A DNA stretch of 64,000 bases, taken from positions 39,370,001 to 39,434,000 of the forward strand of contig CM060732.1 of assembly GCA_030704615.1 (NCBI GenBank), given 5' to 3'. Positions 1-20,310 of the stretch are shown piece by piece; the stretch's first letter is position 1; every line of letters starts with the position of its first letter. The position numbers were made by a program, and so were the translations under genes. Source of the stretch: Takakia lepidozioides. Lineage: Eukaryota; Plantae; Bryophyta. A model generated the notes under the pieces. That model was given only the letters and a program-made list of their open reading frames with translations, searched no databases and was not told where the DNA came from.

Positions 1-1250
1 TGATCTTTTAATTCTACTGGCTATGGTGGAAGTCCACCTTACAGTTGGAGCTGGCTAAGTGTTACCTCTAAGTAGAAGTGTTAAAAATCCATAACTGTTA
101 TGGAAACTTTCACTCCCACAGAAAATACACTAGCAAGTGTTAAGTGTTATTAAAATTTTACTCCCTTCTTCATGAAAATGATCCATGTACGTGTTAAGGG
201 TGAGGATAATGGATTATGATCATAAGGCTTGCATGAAAGTAGCATGTAATAATCCATATGAGCTGATCTAAAACAAATCATCTTGATGTGGGCACAATTT
301 GTTTACTAAAACCACCAACCAATCCTGACCATACCTTCATTAGCTCCTCTTGGAGCAAAGGCCCAATGAAGTCATGCCATTTATCAAAAGTGTCCGTGCA
401 TTGGAAAGGAACTGGAAATTTGGCGAGTAGGAGAATCCCACCTAACCAGGATAGATTCATTCTTCCAACATGCATAGATTGATGCGATGCCATCTCAATC
501 AGGTGTGATGTGATACTCACCCCAACGTTGATCGATCGATTTATTTTTATAAGTGTTAATTTTAATGACCTGGTATTTCATATGTGTTAATTTTGTAAGT
601 GTTAAAGATTGTTAGTGGAAACTTCCTGTTAAACTGTTAATACTCTATTTCTATTATGTATTTTCCTACTCCCAACCCCCTAACACTTATTAGCCAGGTC
701 CGATTGTATTTAGGAACAGGAGTGCACAATGATGGGTGGGCTTATTGAAAAGGTTTGCATTCACAACTTACACACGCATTCATTCACCATAACTAATCTG
801 TATCTTGGACACGACACCTTTGTTGGACTGTCAAGCGTACACAGCATGACCCACCACCAACTGTAACCTGTTAGTCCCAGTCGCCGTTAAATAATTATGA
901 ACGCTTCATTCCCCTGCTCTCCAGGTTTCATCCACACACACCTCCAACCCACTGACACATCTGCAAGCATCTGTTTCAAAAAATATATCTATATATATTA
1001 AAATTGTTATTTAACTATTTATTTTTATTTTTTATGGGATGTCTCATGGATGATGGCACTACCATGAGGGTTTGAACTTTTTCCCTTCCACAATTTAAAG
1101 TAATTTGCTTTATTTTCTTAAAATATATTATAGACCATGTAACTGACCCTATTAACACATCAGTACCCTATGGCCGCTAACATTTATACTCCTGTTGCAA
1201 ACATAATACCTAGCCCTAAGTTAATAACTGTGGATTGTGCTGGTGCCAGC

Positions 1251-1530
1251 TTTTTTTTTTTTTTTCTTAAAAGAACAGGGGACATAGGCCCTGAAAACTT
1301 TATTAATAAGAGAAAAAAAGTGGGACAAGCAAGGAAAAAATAACCTTGCAGGGGAGCCATAAGACCAACAAAGAGGCACTGCTCAGTAACCAGAGTTCAG
1401 AGGCAGGTCCTATCAGAACAGTAAGGGAGAGAAGTGCCTAATAAGCCAATCACATCCTCATAGAGGGCTCAAATGAAAGATGAATCCTAGACTTTGTCTT
1501 AAGGAAACTTTATCTTATCTTATCTTCCTG
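1251..1530 (-). mobile_element. Probable 3' end of a 5'-truncated L1-type LINE (poly-A tail on minus strand)
   Basis: T-run at 1251-1265 followed by CTTAAAAGAACAGGGG..TTTATTAATAAG, the usual antisense look of plant L1 3' ends. A similar end (CCCCTTTCTTTAAAAGAAAA) lies on + at ~27862-27890. No coding motif seen. Confidence 0.4.
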
Positions 1531-1974
1531 CTAAGTCTTCACCTTCAGCAGGGGAGATTTTTGCACTATGTAATGGAACTGAAGAAAAGGAAAACTCCCA
1601 GGTTGTGAACTCTGGTGCAGAGGACACCTCCCTTTCCCCAGCTTTTTCTTGCTCTGCTCAGTACTCTGGTGCCATGTAATAAGGGTTTTTAATTTTTTTC
1701 CCTTCAATAATTTTAATAAAGCGTATAGCCAGCCTGGCAGGTTGTACGCTGGGCCACATTGACTACAGCAGGGTGACCTTCTGACACATGGCAGCACAGG
1801 ACAGGAAAAAATAAAAATTGTACAACGGCCTGACTTATGAGCGGTACTTATCACCTGACACGCTGGCACCTGAAAAACATTTTTCGCATGAGAGCAGCCA
1901 CCATAGTGTACGTTAGGAGGGTACATGAGCGGGCCACTCTGTACATGAGGAGGTAGGAGCCACAAATCCGTTGC

Positions 1975-1993
1975 TCATGACGTCATGACTCAT
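1975..1993. promoter_or_regulatory. Palindromic bZIP/TGA-type element upstream of ABCC
   Basis: Perfect 14-bp palindrome TCATGACGTCATGA (TGACGTCA core) overlapping TGACTCA, about 310 bp upstream of the ABCC ATG. Confidence 0.4.
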
Positions 1994-2300
1994 GTGGCAG
2001 CAGCAAGAGGGAGGTCGTTGCGAAGCTGTCGACTTTTCTGCAGCTCCACCTTTGTAGGTGTTCTCGAAGGGGAGGTGTGCTCAGCTCCTTTCTCGGCTCG
2101 ACAGTTTGTTCTGCTGAATCTTGCTCAAAGTTTTGGAAAGTGGCAGAGTCGCTGGTGCACTGTGGTTGCGGATGGAGTGTCACTGCCACAAGACACAAAA
2201 ATCGAACTGTCGATTCCCCGTGGACTCCCCAAGTGGGTGCCAGGCGTTAGAATGCGAGAGTAGTTCGTGACAGTAGTACTAGTAGAATTTGAAAGACAGA

Positions 2301-10380
<8,080 letters not shown>

Positions 10381-10659
10381 GTCTTCCCTTCAATGTTGCA
10401 CAACCTCAATTTGAACTCAGGGGCGGTCTCTCACAACTCATTCACCTTTTAGTCTAGTGGGTTGCAAACCAGTGCACGGCTTCTCCCCTATATGGGGCAA
10501 CCCTTTCTTATTGTTTCCTCTTCCCCAGTGGGGCTGCCCCTTTGTTGAGTCAAGTAACTGATCCTGGAGTAAGATGCTGAAAGTATTCAATTGGGGAGTA
10601 AGTATGCTGCTCATATGCTTATGGAGAGTGGCTCGGTGGCGAGTACGTTGATGGAGAGA

Positions 10660-13600
10660 AATGAAATGAAATGGTGCTTTATAACGTCCGCGAAAAGCCC
10701 ATAGAGCTTATGGGACAAGATGGAAGAACACATGAGAGGAACAAATCCAGAAACCACAATTAATGTTTTAGCGATTGTCTAAGGATGAAGGCCTTATGTA
10801 GGTAGGCTGCCAAGCATTTTTGATCCTCGTAGTGAAAGACATCAGCGAGAGTTTGGGTTCCATTGAATAAACAGTGGAATCTCCCACGGATTTGGTAATA
10901 TAGAGGGCAGAAGAAGTGTTCTTCAGTTTCAATTTCCTTGCTATGCCCTATGCAAGCTGGACATAGGCGGTCCTCCCGTCGCAGGTTTTCCCATCTGCCA
11001 GTCTCTATCCGTAGGTTGTGGGAATCCACCCTGAACCGCCCCAATGCCCTCAGTAGGGAAGAGATAAGGGTGCTGAAAAGTAATTTGGTCTCAAGATTCT
11101 ATCATCGTGGAGCACCAAGAATGTCTCTCGATAGAAGTGGAGTTTTGTCCTGAGATTGGGTAGCTTCCAAGTTCTCTTGACATGTAATTCCATAAGCTCT
11201 CTCTCCGAATGAGTCTGTTGCGGTCATGTCTGGATGTGATGTCCACCTCATCAGGGTTCATTGGTAATAGGAAAGCAGTAGAAAGTTTGTTACGTTGAAA
11301 TAAACTGTACACTCGAGCATACCAGGAGTTCCTGAAACCTGCAGCTTTTAGCCTCATAGATGTTGTGAGGGCCTTTGCCACTAGCCTTTTGGGTGGAAGG
11401 GCCTGCGATCTATGGAGAAAGATTGTAAGCCTGAAGAGGCTCGGATTGCAATGGTACACATGCGAACTATGCAGCTAGGATCTGAGATGGAGTTGTGCTC
11501 TTGGCGCCAAGCATTGCTTGGAGAAAATATGACTGTAATGGTTCCAAATTCTTTTCCCACCAGGAGACAGGGACACACCAGGTGCCCAGAACTCACAACC
11601 ATAGATGGTAGCATGTCTGACGACGGTGTCAAACAACCACTTTTTGGTCGGGGGATGCTGCAGATGTATTTGCTTGCATTTGGCTTGAAGGCGGACGGAG
11701 GCCGCCTTACCTTTAATCAATCTGTCCAAGGCAGTGGCTGCAAAGTGAAACTTGGGGGAGTGGATAACCAGACCCATGTACCGGTATGATTTCACAATCT
11801 CAATTTCCTGCTGGTTGAAGATGAATTTACGATCAGCCTGGCCATTGAAGACCATGATCTTGGTCTTGCTAAGATTGACTTGCATCCCATAGTCTTTGCA
11901 GAACTGTTCCAAAATTTTGAGATGGCGTTGCAAAAAGACCGGGGATTGTGCCAAAATGGCAAGGGCAACATCATCAGCAGGGAGGAGATCTGATTGGGTT
12001 GGTCCCCCATCCAATGGTACCCCCACCCCCATGGTTTTTTGATATGTAATTCTCCAAGGTGTCAATGTAGATCTCGAACAGGGTAGGTGAAAAGGGGCAG
12101 CCCTGTTTGACTCCAATGTTGTTGCGGATCTCGGCTAAGAATTCACCAGCGACGTTAACCATGCCAGTAACAATCTCATACATAAAAGAGATGGTACAAA
12201 GGATGTTTGGAGGGACTTCCACTCTATGGAGCTGTTGGAAGAGAAGGTCCCGAGGAACTGAATCAAAGGCTTTGTGAAAGTCCATGAAACAAACATAGAC
12301 CATTCTTTTGTCATAGCGTGCACTTTCCACCATAACCTGAAGAGTGAAGATGTGGTCAATAGTGGTGTTGCGACGGAAACCAGCCTGTCCCTCAGCACGA
12401 ATGCGAGAGGACTCAGCCCAATCATCCAGTTCCATGGCCACTACTGCCCCCAAACAGTTTAGCAAGTAATGATGACACCATGATAGTGCGATAGTTTGCC
12501 GGTGCGAGCCTGTCACCGCTCTTGAAAAGTGGGTGGATAATGCTCTTTGTCCACTCTGTTGGAAAGCCCCGTTGCACCACCTCATCGAAGTGATTAGCTA
12601 TAAAAGGAGCTAAAGTAGGTGCAGCATGCTTGATGAATTCACTCTGAAGTCCCTGAAATGTCCACTGCTCTGCCATTTTGCAGCTTCTTGATTGCCTTAC
12701 TGACATTGGCCGTAACAAAGAAAGAGAAGTGAAGGGGTTTAGAGGTTACACGAGGAGTTTGGGTTGGGGAATAGTACAAAGACTGTGCATATTCATGCCA
12801 GACGTGAATGTCAATGATTTGGGGGGGGGGGGGTCTCTATGAGGTTTAAGGAGGGACCAAAAAGAACGAGGATAAAATCTGATTTTAGCAAGGAAAGAAG
12901 ATTGCAACTTGATAGTGTAGGCTTGCTTTATGGATCTAATGCGGGACTTATAGTGCTTAAGAGCAAGATTAGTGGATTTTGGAGAAGAATTGGTATCAAG
13001 CAGTAAAGATTTGATGTGACGTCTAGCAGTCTTGCATTCCTCATCATAAAATGGTGCGTAATGACGAGTGGAGAAGGGTGAGGAAGTAGATGGAAGGTTG
13101 ATGGGAAATGATCGGAGGGCTGAGTCCCAAAGGGCTTGAGAAAAATGTGTAGGCTTGTTGTTAGGAAATCGTAGATGTAGAATGGAAATGAGGGTTGACG
13201 CTAGGTATGTTTCATACTCGGCGTCGTGTAAGTGAGAGAAAGGGGTATTAAAGTGGATACGTGGGTGTAAGGGAAGAGACGCAGAGGGAATCCTCACGGG
13301 GAGGGAGATGGAAGGAAATGCAAAGGAAAGGCTAGAGTGATCAAAATCCGGGTACCTCGTGATGTAAAAAAGAGCTTATTCTATCAGACTTGTTGGGGCT
13401 CCCCAAGAGATAGTCAACCACGTTTTGGCCCTTGTACGTGTGGCAAGTAAACTGGCTGGAGGATTTGAAGTTGGTTGTTCCATTGTAATTGACAAGCCCC
13501 TGAGTTTCACAAAACTTGAGTAGATGGTGACCGTAGCTTGTGATTTCGCAAGAGGAATCTGCACTTTGTCCCTCCAATTTCGTATGCGAGCGTTGGATGT

Positions 13601-15457
13601 GTAGAGGATCCGTGTGGTCGAAGGTGGGGGCCTGTAGTGATCATGTACGGGCGTTGAAATCTCCAACCAAGAAAATATCCGTGTGTGGGGTACGGAGACA
13701 GGCCGTATCGTCTTCCAATGGAACATATGGTGAATCTGTTCGAATATGTAGGCCACTGTGCGGAGATGCAGCAGGAGCAAAATAACATCCCGCCAGCAGG
13801 ATGTTGTAGCCTTTAATGTGACACCAAATGTACCTTGTCAGTAGGTCTTTGTATAGGAAAGAGATAAGTGGGAGAAGCCAGTCAGCAAAGTAACAAGCCA
13901 CACCTCCAAATCCTTTGAGACCTGTACGTGGATGAATCACTTACTGAACGCTATAACCAAGAATAAAAGGGGGGTCATTTCCTTCATACGCATGAGTTTC
14001 CAAAAGAAAAAGACCGTCACACTTGGAAATAATATCTAGAAGCCCTTGGGGGTGGCTCCACAACGAGCCATTACAGTTCCATGAGCCAATGTGTAGATGT
14101 GAGCGTGCGTTGGTTTCATGGTGTCCCAACCCCTATTTAGAGCTAAAGGGGCGACGCTCGTGCTCCCGGACAATTACCCTCCCATCTCGGTACACGACAT
14201 AGTGCCCCTGAGCTCGAGCTTGCTTAACCTGCAAGAGTTGCGCCCGCATGGCGTTGTATTGCAAAGGGGTCAAGTCATTGTTGAGATACATATCCTGACC
14301 TTTCAATTGAGGCCTCAGCCTGAGGACTCTATTCCGAGCACCCTTGTCCTTGAATCTAATGAAGAGGAGTTTGTGCTCTGAAGATCTTGCTCGCCAAGCC
14401 CTTTCAATGCCCACTCGCGCTCCGTGGTAGAGCAAGGTTTTGCTGAATAAGGTTGGTGGCAGCGTCAAGAGGGTCCCCCTCAGCAAGGCCCCTTAGCTTC
14501 CCAGTGATCTTGATGTTAAGGGCTTTGAAAGCCCATTGCTGTTCCTCTCGTAAGGTAGCCGAGTCTGTCACCTCTACAGAATGAGGACTGTTGTTGGATG
14601 TGCTCCCCTTAACTATATTAGCCCAGGAGGAGGCCTCTGCCTTGTGAGCTTGGAGCTCCCGAGCCATTGTAGACGTCGCAGTTCTGTGTGTTTCCAGCTC
14701 TTTGCTAGGGATTCCATTTGTAGGTGGATGTTTGCCGTGAGGGGATCTGGGAGGTTCTTCTCTGCAAAGGTCTTCACTTCACCTTCAAGTTTTGAAAGAC
14801 GCGTATGTGTGGATTTGTCATTGAGATGTTTCGATAGACCTTGAAGTTTGCTAATGCACTCATGAAGAGAGGCCCGCAAAACGCTATCGTGAACTCGCAT
14901 ATTGTTCTCCAAGTCTGTGTCTCTGTCTGTCATGCGTTTCTGCCAATCTTTGTCCAAGGAATCCAAGCGCTTCTTCCAGTCTTTGTTAAGGGAAACAAGA
15001 TGACACTTATGGCAAGTCATCATTCTCGACTCTATCTTCTGAAAGGTACGAGGTGACCGGAGTGAGCTGAATGAAGATGAAAGATTGCAGGGCCACTTTG
15101 AGTGCTTTAGCCGCGTCTCCCAGTCTTTGTCTAGGGAAGCCAACCGCTCCTCCGAGTCATTGTCGCGGGCAGCGAGCACTTGCTGCAGAGTCTCTCCCCA
15201 GATGCATTTCGTTTGTAAGATGGTGATTTGGTCCCAATGCGTTTGAACATCAGCACTCCTTGTGGAGTACTGATGCCAATGAGAGACAGGGGCAAGAAGA
15301 AGAAGCAGAGGGGAATCAGGTCGACGTGAGGGAGACGGGTAGTCTGCCTCGTCGGCAGCCGTCCTTTAGCGTTTGGACGTCATGGTGTGGTGGAGGTGGC
15401 GCTAGCGCGCCGACATGCTGCCGCGCGCGCGCGCGCGCAAGAGAGAAACGAGAGAGA
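10660..15457 (-). mobile_element. Full-length, decayed two-ORF LINE (RTE-X/CR1-like, not canonical L1)
   Basis: ORF1 pieces ~15200-14133 (repeated SLDKDW coiled-coil, RRM-like LLFIRF..YLNNDLT). ORF2 pieces 14129-10760: APE endonuclease (GSWNCNG, VGDFNART, VDYLL), RT (QAGFR, DFHKAFDSV, QGCPFSPTLF, ADD) and C-terminal RIETGRW..C..C..ETEEHFF. 3' tail (CATTT)3. GAGAGA target duplication supported by the empty paralogous site at 24843-24848. Confidence 0.9.
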
Positions 15458-15926
15458 GAGAGAGTGACGTTTTCTGCGGAATCTTCAAGGAAATATTGTC
15501 GGGTGACGAGTCGAGGTTCATTTGTGACAGGTTGTGGTACTTCTGATGATTTACTGTAAAGCACTCGTAAACTGATCACCAACTGACTAACCACCAACTA
15601 ACTGATTGGAGCTGTCACAAGCAATGTCAAAAATCATATTTACTACTAGGTGTTTGATGCTATTGTTGTTCCAGGAGCTGAATTGTATATTAGTCGGTTT
15701 GCTATTCCCATGCGAACAGTATTAGGTCCCCCAGAGACTGTCATATTCAGACTCTTGTATCAGCCACGGCCCAACAAAACCTACTGCTCAACACAAGCCA
15801 TCGAAGGCCTTCTGGGTGAAGAGACACCATAATTTACGCTTCCTTCGGGGAATGCGTCAAATATTAAAAATATTAATTGGTTTTACATGAGGGACCGTCC
15901 TACTGAGCAGAAGTGGGATAATATGT

Positions 15927-16985
15927 CGTAGTGATGGTGGCTCCCTAGTCTCCCTGCAGCGCGTCTACCAGCAGCGCACCTCCCGAGGCTTCGCACGCCT
16001 GGCCACACACGTGGGCCCGCCCCTCCATGTCTTCGTGTAGCTCGCCAATACTTGGCTCGCGCATGGCCCATAAACTTTTGCTTTACCCTTTGCCCTTCCC
16101 TGCCCGGACCTTGCACGCACTTCACCATTATGCAATTTTGGGGAATGATAAGAACAACCTTCCATTGGGTACTCTAAAATTGTTAACTCTAACAGGCTCA
16201 TTTTAAGATTGAATATAAACCAAAAGAAAATTAATTCTAGAATTGCTCAATCCAAACATATTGGTATACCCTCCAGAAGGTTGTTTAAATTATTTTTTAA
16301 CTTACATAATGTCCAAACAAATATGTGTAATACCTTACAGAAGGTTGTTTTTGCCATCGTGTCATCTCCAATGGTTACCTTTCGGAAGGTTGTGCATGTC
16401 AAGTTTAAAATTGCTTAATCCAAATAATGTTAGAGTACCCTCTGGAAGGTTGTTGTGACTCATTTTTAAACTTGCATAAATCCAAATAGATTTTCTTAAT
16501 ATCTTAAGGAAGGTTGTTTCTACCATTAGGTCATGCGCATGGAAACCGGGCGGAGGGTTGTTAATCTCAATTTTAAAATTGCTCTATCCAAACGTATTGG
16601 TATACCCTCGGGAAGATTCCGTGTCATTTTTTAACTTGCAAAAAAATCGAAACAAATGTGTTTAATACCTGATGGTTGTTCCTATCATTAGGTCATGCGT
16701 GATGGATACCTTTCGTAAGGTTGTTCATATCAAGTTTAAAACTGCTTAATTCAAGTTATATTAGAATACCCTCTGAAAGGTTGTTCTTATCATTCCCCCA
16801 GATTGCATAATGGGGACGTGAGGTCGGGGCAGGGAAGGGCAAAGGGAAAAGGAAAAGTTTAGGGGCAATGGGCGAGCCAGTTTTGGCGAGCTAAGTGAAG
16901 ACATGGAGGGGCGGGCCCACATGTGTGGCCAGGTGTGTGAAGCCTCCTCGGGAGGTGCGCTGCTTGGAGACCAGCGTCACTACCG
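15927..16985. mobile_element. Non-autonomous foldback/TIR element with ~270-bp inverted arms and internal ~60-bp repeats
   Basis: 15927-~16200 is the reverse complement of ~16740-16985 (e.g. CAGCGCACCTCCCGAGG / CCTCGGGAGGTGCGCTG). Interior repeats GAAGGTTG about every 60 bp. Its left end is where homology to the paralog at 25326 stops. Confidence 0.85.
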
Positions 16986-17796
16986 AAAATTCACGGGCGT
17001 GTGAAGGTAAGAAAAAAACATCAATCTCAGATCAGCACGCACAGCTACACACAATGTACTTTCGAAACACTCTACCAGACCACTTCTCTCTTCGAGGTGA
17101 GGGATATAAACTTTGAGCCAGCGTCATTGGGGAGTTCGCACAAGTTACATAGCGATCTTTGAACTTCACAGGGAGATGATTAAAATCCTGCAAAGCTTTA
17201 TTTCCAAGCACATCACATGACACAGGACTACCTTACCAGTGTGCACATGTATAATACCTAGTTTACATTCTGGAATCCGATTGCTTGCAACTCGAGACCC
17301 TCACATTTATGGATCATAATGAAACCACAGTTTCAACTTTCAATAGAGCCTCGTGGGAGCACAGAGATTGCAGCTACATATAGTGTAACCATCAATGCTG
17401 TCGCAACAAGTTAATAAAATGTCAAAGATTAGGGTATGCCAGACAGGATGGATGTTAGTATATGTACCGTAGTGGGAAGGCTGATCCGGCACTAAATAAT
17501 TAGAAAGAATCTGCCTAATAATTAAGTGAAAATTTAGGGAAAACGGCCGAAATTCCAGAAACTTTATAAAAAAATGCCTAAAATCTCCAAATATCAAATC
17601 TCCAAATGCATGTTTCAAGGCATAAAGCTGTAGGAAAATATTTTCCTTAGCTCTGAGAAATCCTAGAATAATTGGCTGCATTTGATGATTGACCAGCTCA
17701 TGGCTCCCCACATAATTTGTTTTTTTTGTTTTTGTTTTTGAAAAAAGGGAAACACCTTGGAGCGACAGCTCACAAATCAGGCCCCTTAGTAGTGAG

Positions 17797-18072
17797 CAGT
17801 GAGTTTTTTCTTAAATGTGAAAAATAGCACAAGTGGCTACAAAAAATAGCCATATATTCTGTTCATCCATTGAAAATTTGGATAGAATCATCCTCATATG
17901 TATTTTCATCCATTTATATTATCCATATTTGGTGAATTCATCCATCTTTTTTTTTCCCCCCTTTAGAAGTTTGGCGATTTCATTCATGAAAAAACAGGGA
18001 ATTTGCGACAGAATATTTCGTTTTAATGTTTTGAGGTCACCATTTGGCGATTTTTCACCAAAAAAAACACTG
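17797..18072. mobile_element. hAT-like MITE
   Basis: Imperfect TIRs CAGTGAGTTTTTT..GTGAAAAAT / ATTTTTCACCAAAAAAAACACTG. Flanks GTAGTGAG and GTAAGTGAG resemble an 8-bp TSD. AT-rich TTCATCCAT interior. Confidence 0.7.
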
Positions 18073-20310
18073 GTAAGTGAGAGAAAAAATAACCTCTTTC
18101 ACTTATGCACCATGGAGGCGGATGAGTGGGACACCGCCCAGGAACCATACCACACCCGTCGGTAGCAAAATTGACCCCAGAATCATCTGGGTGACACTCA
18201 GTGCACTCCACCATCTGAGCGGACTGTTTGTATATAATTCTCTTATCACATCTGGTACAGTAGATAGAGCAAGTTCATGCAGGGAGTCACCACCCAATTA
18301 CTTAAAATCTACTGGTGGCAGTGCCGTAAAATCTAGAAATTTCCTTAAGTTGTGCCGAAGAGTTTTGTTGTAAGAAAATAAATATTGGGCGCTTCACTGC
18401 CGGATCAGCCTTCTCACTAAGGTATGTAATAACATGAGAAACAGGGCTGTCAGGAGTCCAGGACAGGATAGGAAGGCCCAAGCCTGCGACTGTGTGCCAT
18501 TTATCACCAACGTGCTTCCATCGATACCCTGTGGGCTCCACAGGTACGGAAGCCAAAAAGAGCCATTCTGGAAAAGATTGCAAAACACATTGTACTATGA
18601 CCTGAAGACAACATGCCAAAACCCATAGGACTTTAGACTAATATTTAATCTCCAGATAAGATATTTTTCCAAGACATTATTAAAATAATCGTTTTATCCT
18701 CAAGATAAGATTCTTTATGCTAGAGACAATATTCTCTTAGGCTTGACGTTCAACCTCAGGCCAAATATGTATAATACCAAATATGATATGTAGAGCAGTT
18801 TCATTCGGGACCTGATTCGAGAGTGGTCCAGAAATTACTATGGCCCAAGAATTAGATATGGGGCGCTTATGTAGTAAGGTGTATTAGGGAATGACATAGG
18901 GGGTCCAAAAAAAACAGGGAGGAATTGGCCAAATTTAGAATAGGGAATCTTGTAGGGTTACCATGTGTCTAAGGCCTTCTAGAAGGTCCCCGGGTTTGGC
19001 AGGCTTCTAGAAGGGTTTCACGGCCCAGAGGGTATATAAGGGTGGGCCCCCTCTTTACTACCTACTACTTATTAAATTAGTAAATAGTGGGCTTGTAAAG
19101 GTAGGGCCCCCAAAAAAAACAGCAAACATGAATCAATTAATTAATAGAAGCCACAATAAATAATAGATTATGGCAACGAGTAAACAATTGTTAACAAATA
19201 AGACAACATTTGATAGTGTGCACACAAGTAAAGGAGTAAAATTATCTTAACATTTATGGCAGTTTAACGTTTATAGAAGTAACATTTATCCAGGCAGACC
19301 AAGTCTCCCTGGATAAATGTTAACAGTCGGGAGTAGGGAAAAAAATAACATTTAGACAAGGTTAACACTTTTTCTTTTTTTGAAAGATAAAAGGGGACAG
19401 GCGGTGTTTTGTTTTTGGCGAATTTCTACCCCTACCCGAGTTCTGATAATGCAACTAATATTTCAGTTGCGGACATATCGTCAGACGAGTCCCACAATTG
19501 CCGACATATCGATGCCGACCAGCATTGTCTGACTCGTTACTTCCACAGTTCGCCTCTCCTCCGCCTCTCCTCCGCTTTTCGAAGAGCCCAAGTTTCGAGT
19601 TGCTCCAGGTGATGTTCCCATAGTCTCTTGCATTGCCCCCTTGCCCTTTTCTAATCTGGTTTTGATCATGTTGAGTCTGTGGAATTCCCTTAGTTGCTTT
19701 GCTTTCAGATTGCATGCATTGTGTGCATTATTCCAGTCCTGCGTTTACCACTGAGCATGAGCTGCCAGTGAGCTTAATCCACTGTGTTTACCATACTGTC
19801 CCATGACTGAAGCTAACGTTGTACCTGTAGCTCCTTGGTTGCTTCACTTTTTAAATCCACCATGTTCTACAGCATTGTTTCTTGTATGAATCTGAATACC
19901 TAGCCCTTTTGTCAGCTGCTAAATTGGCTCCTACCTCTCCTTGACTCCTTCTCCTGTGTTTGCCAGTATATTTTGAACAAGCCTTTGCAATCGTTCCTTC
20001 GACATCACAGGGCGCTGTTCTCGCCATCCAAGGTATTGTATCCCTTCTGACCTCAGTTGGGCTTACTTCTGCCCTGATTTCACAAATCTGCACCATGTTG
20101 TTTCCTCCCTACAGTGATTTGTGGCCGTGTGCGTAAGTTGTTCTGAACTAATCTCCGGCATCCGGTGTTTGTTGCTTGACGCAGTTCGCGTTTCAACCAT
20201 CGTGGATTGAAAAGCGCTAATGTTATAAAATTACAAGACCATCTTTCCAGGGGAAAATTTAACTATTGCTTGTGGTAGTAAAGGTTTTGGGAGATAGTGT
20301 GCTGCTTAAT

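Noticed and set aside
278-520. Possible transposase fragment
   Set aside because: Similarity too weak to call without a profile search.
16260-16790. CRISPR-like periodic repeat
   Set aside because: Repeats are degenerate, spacers resemble each other, context is eukaryotic and no cas genes are present.
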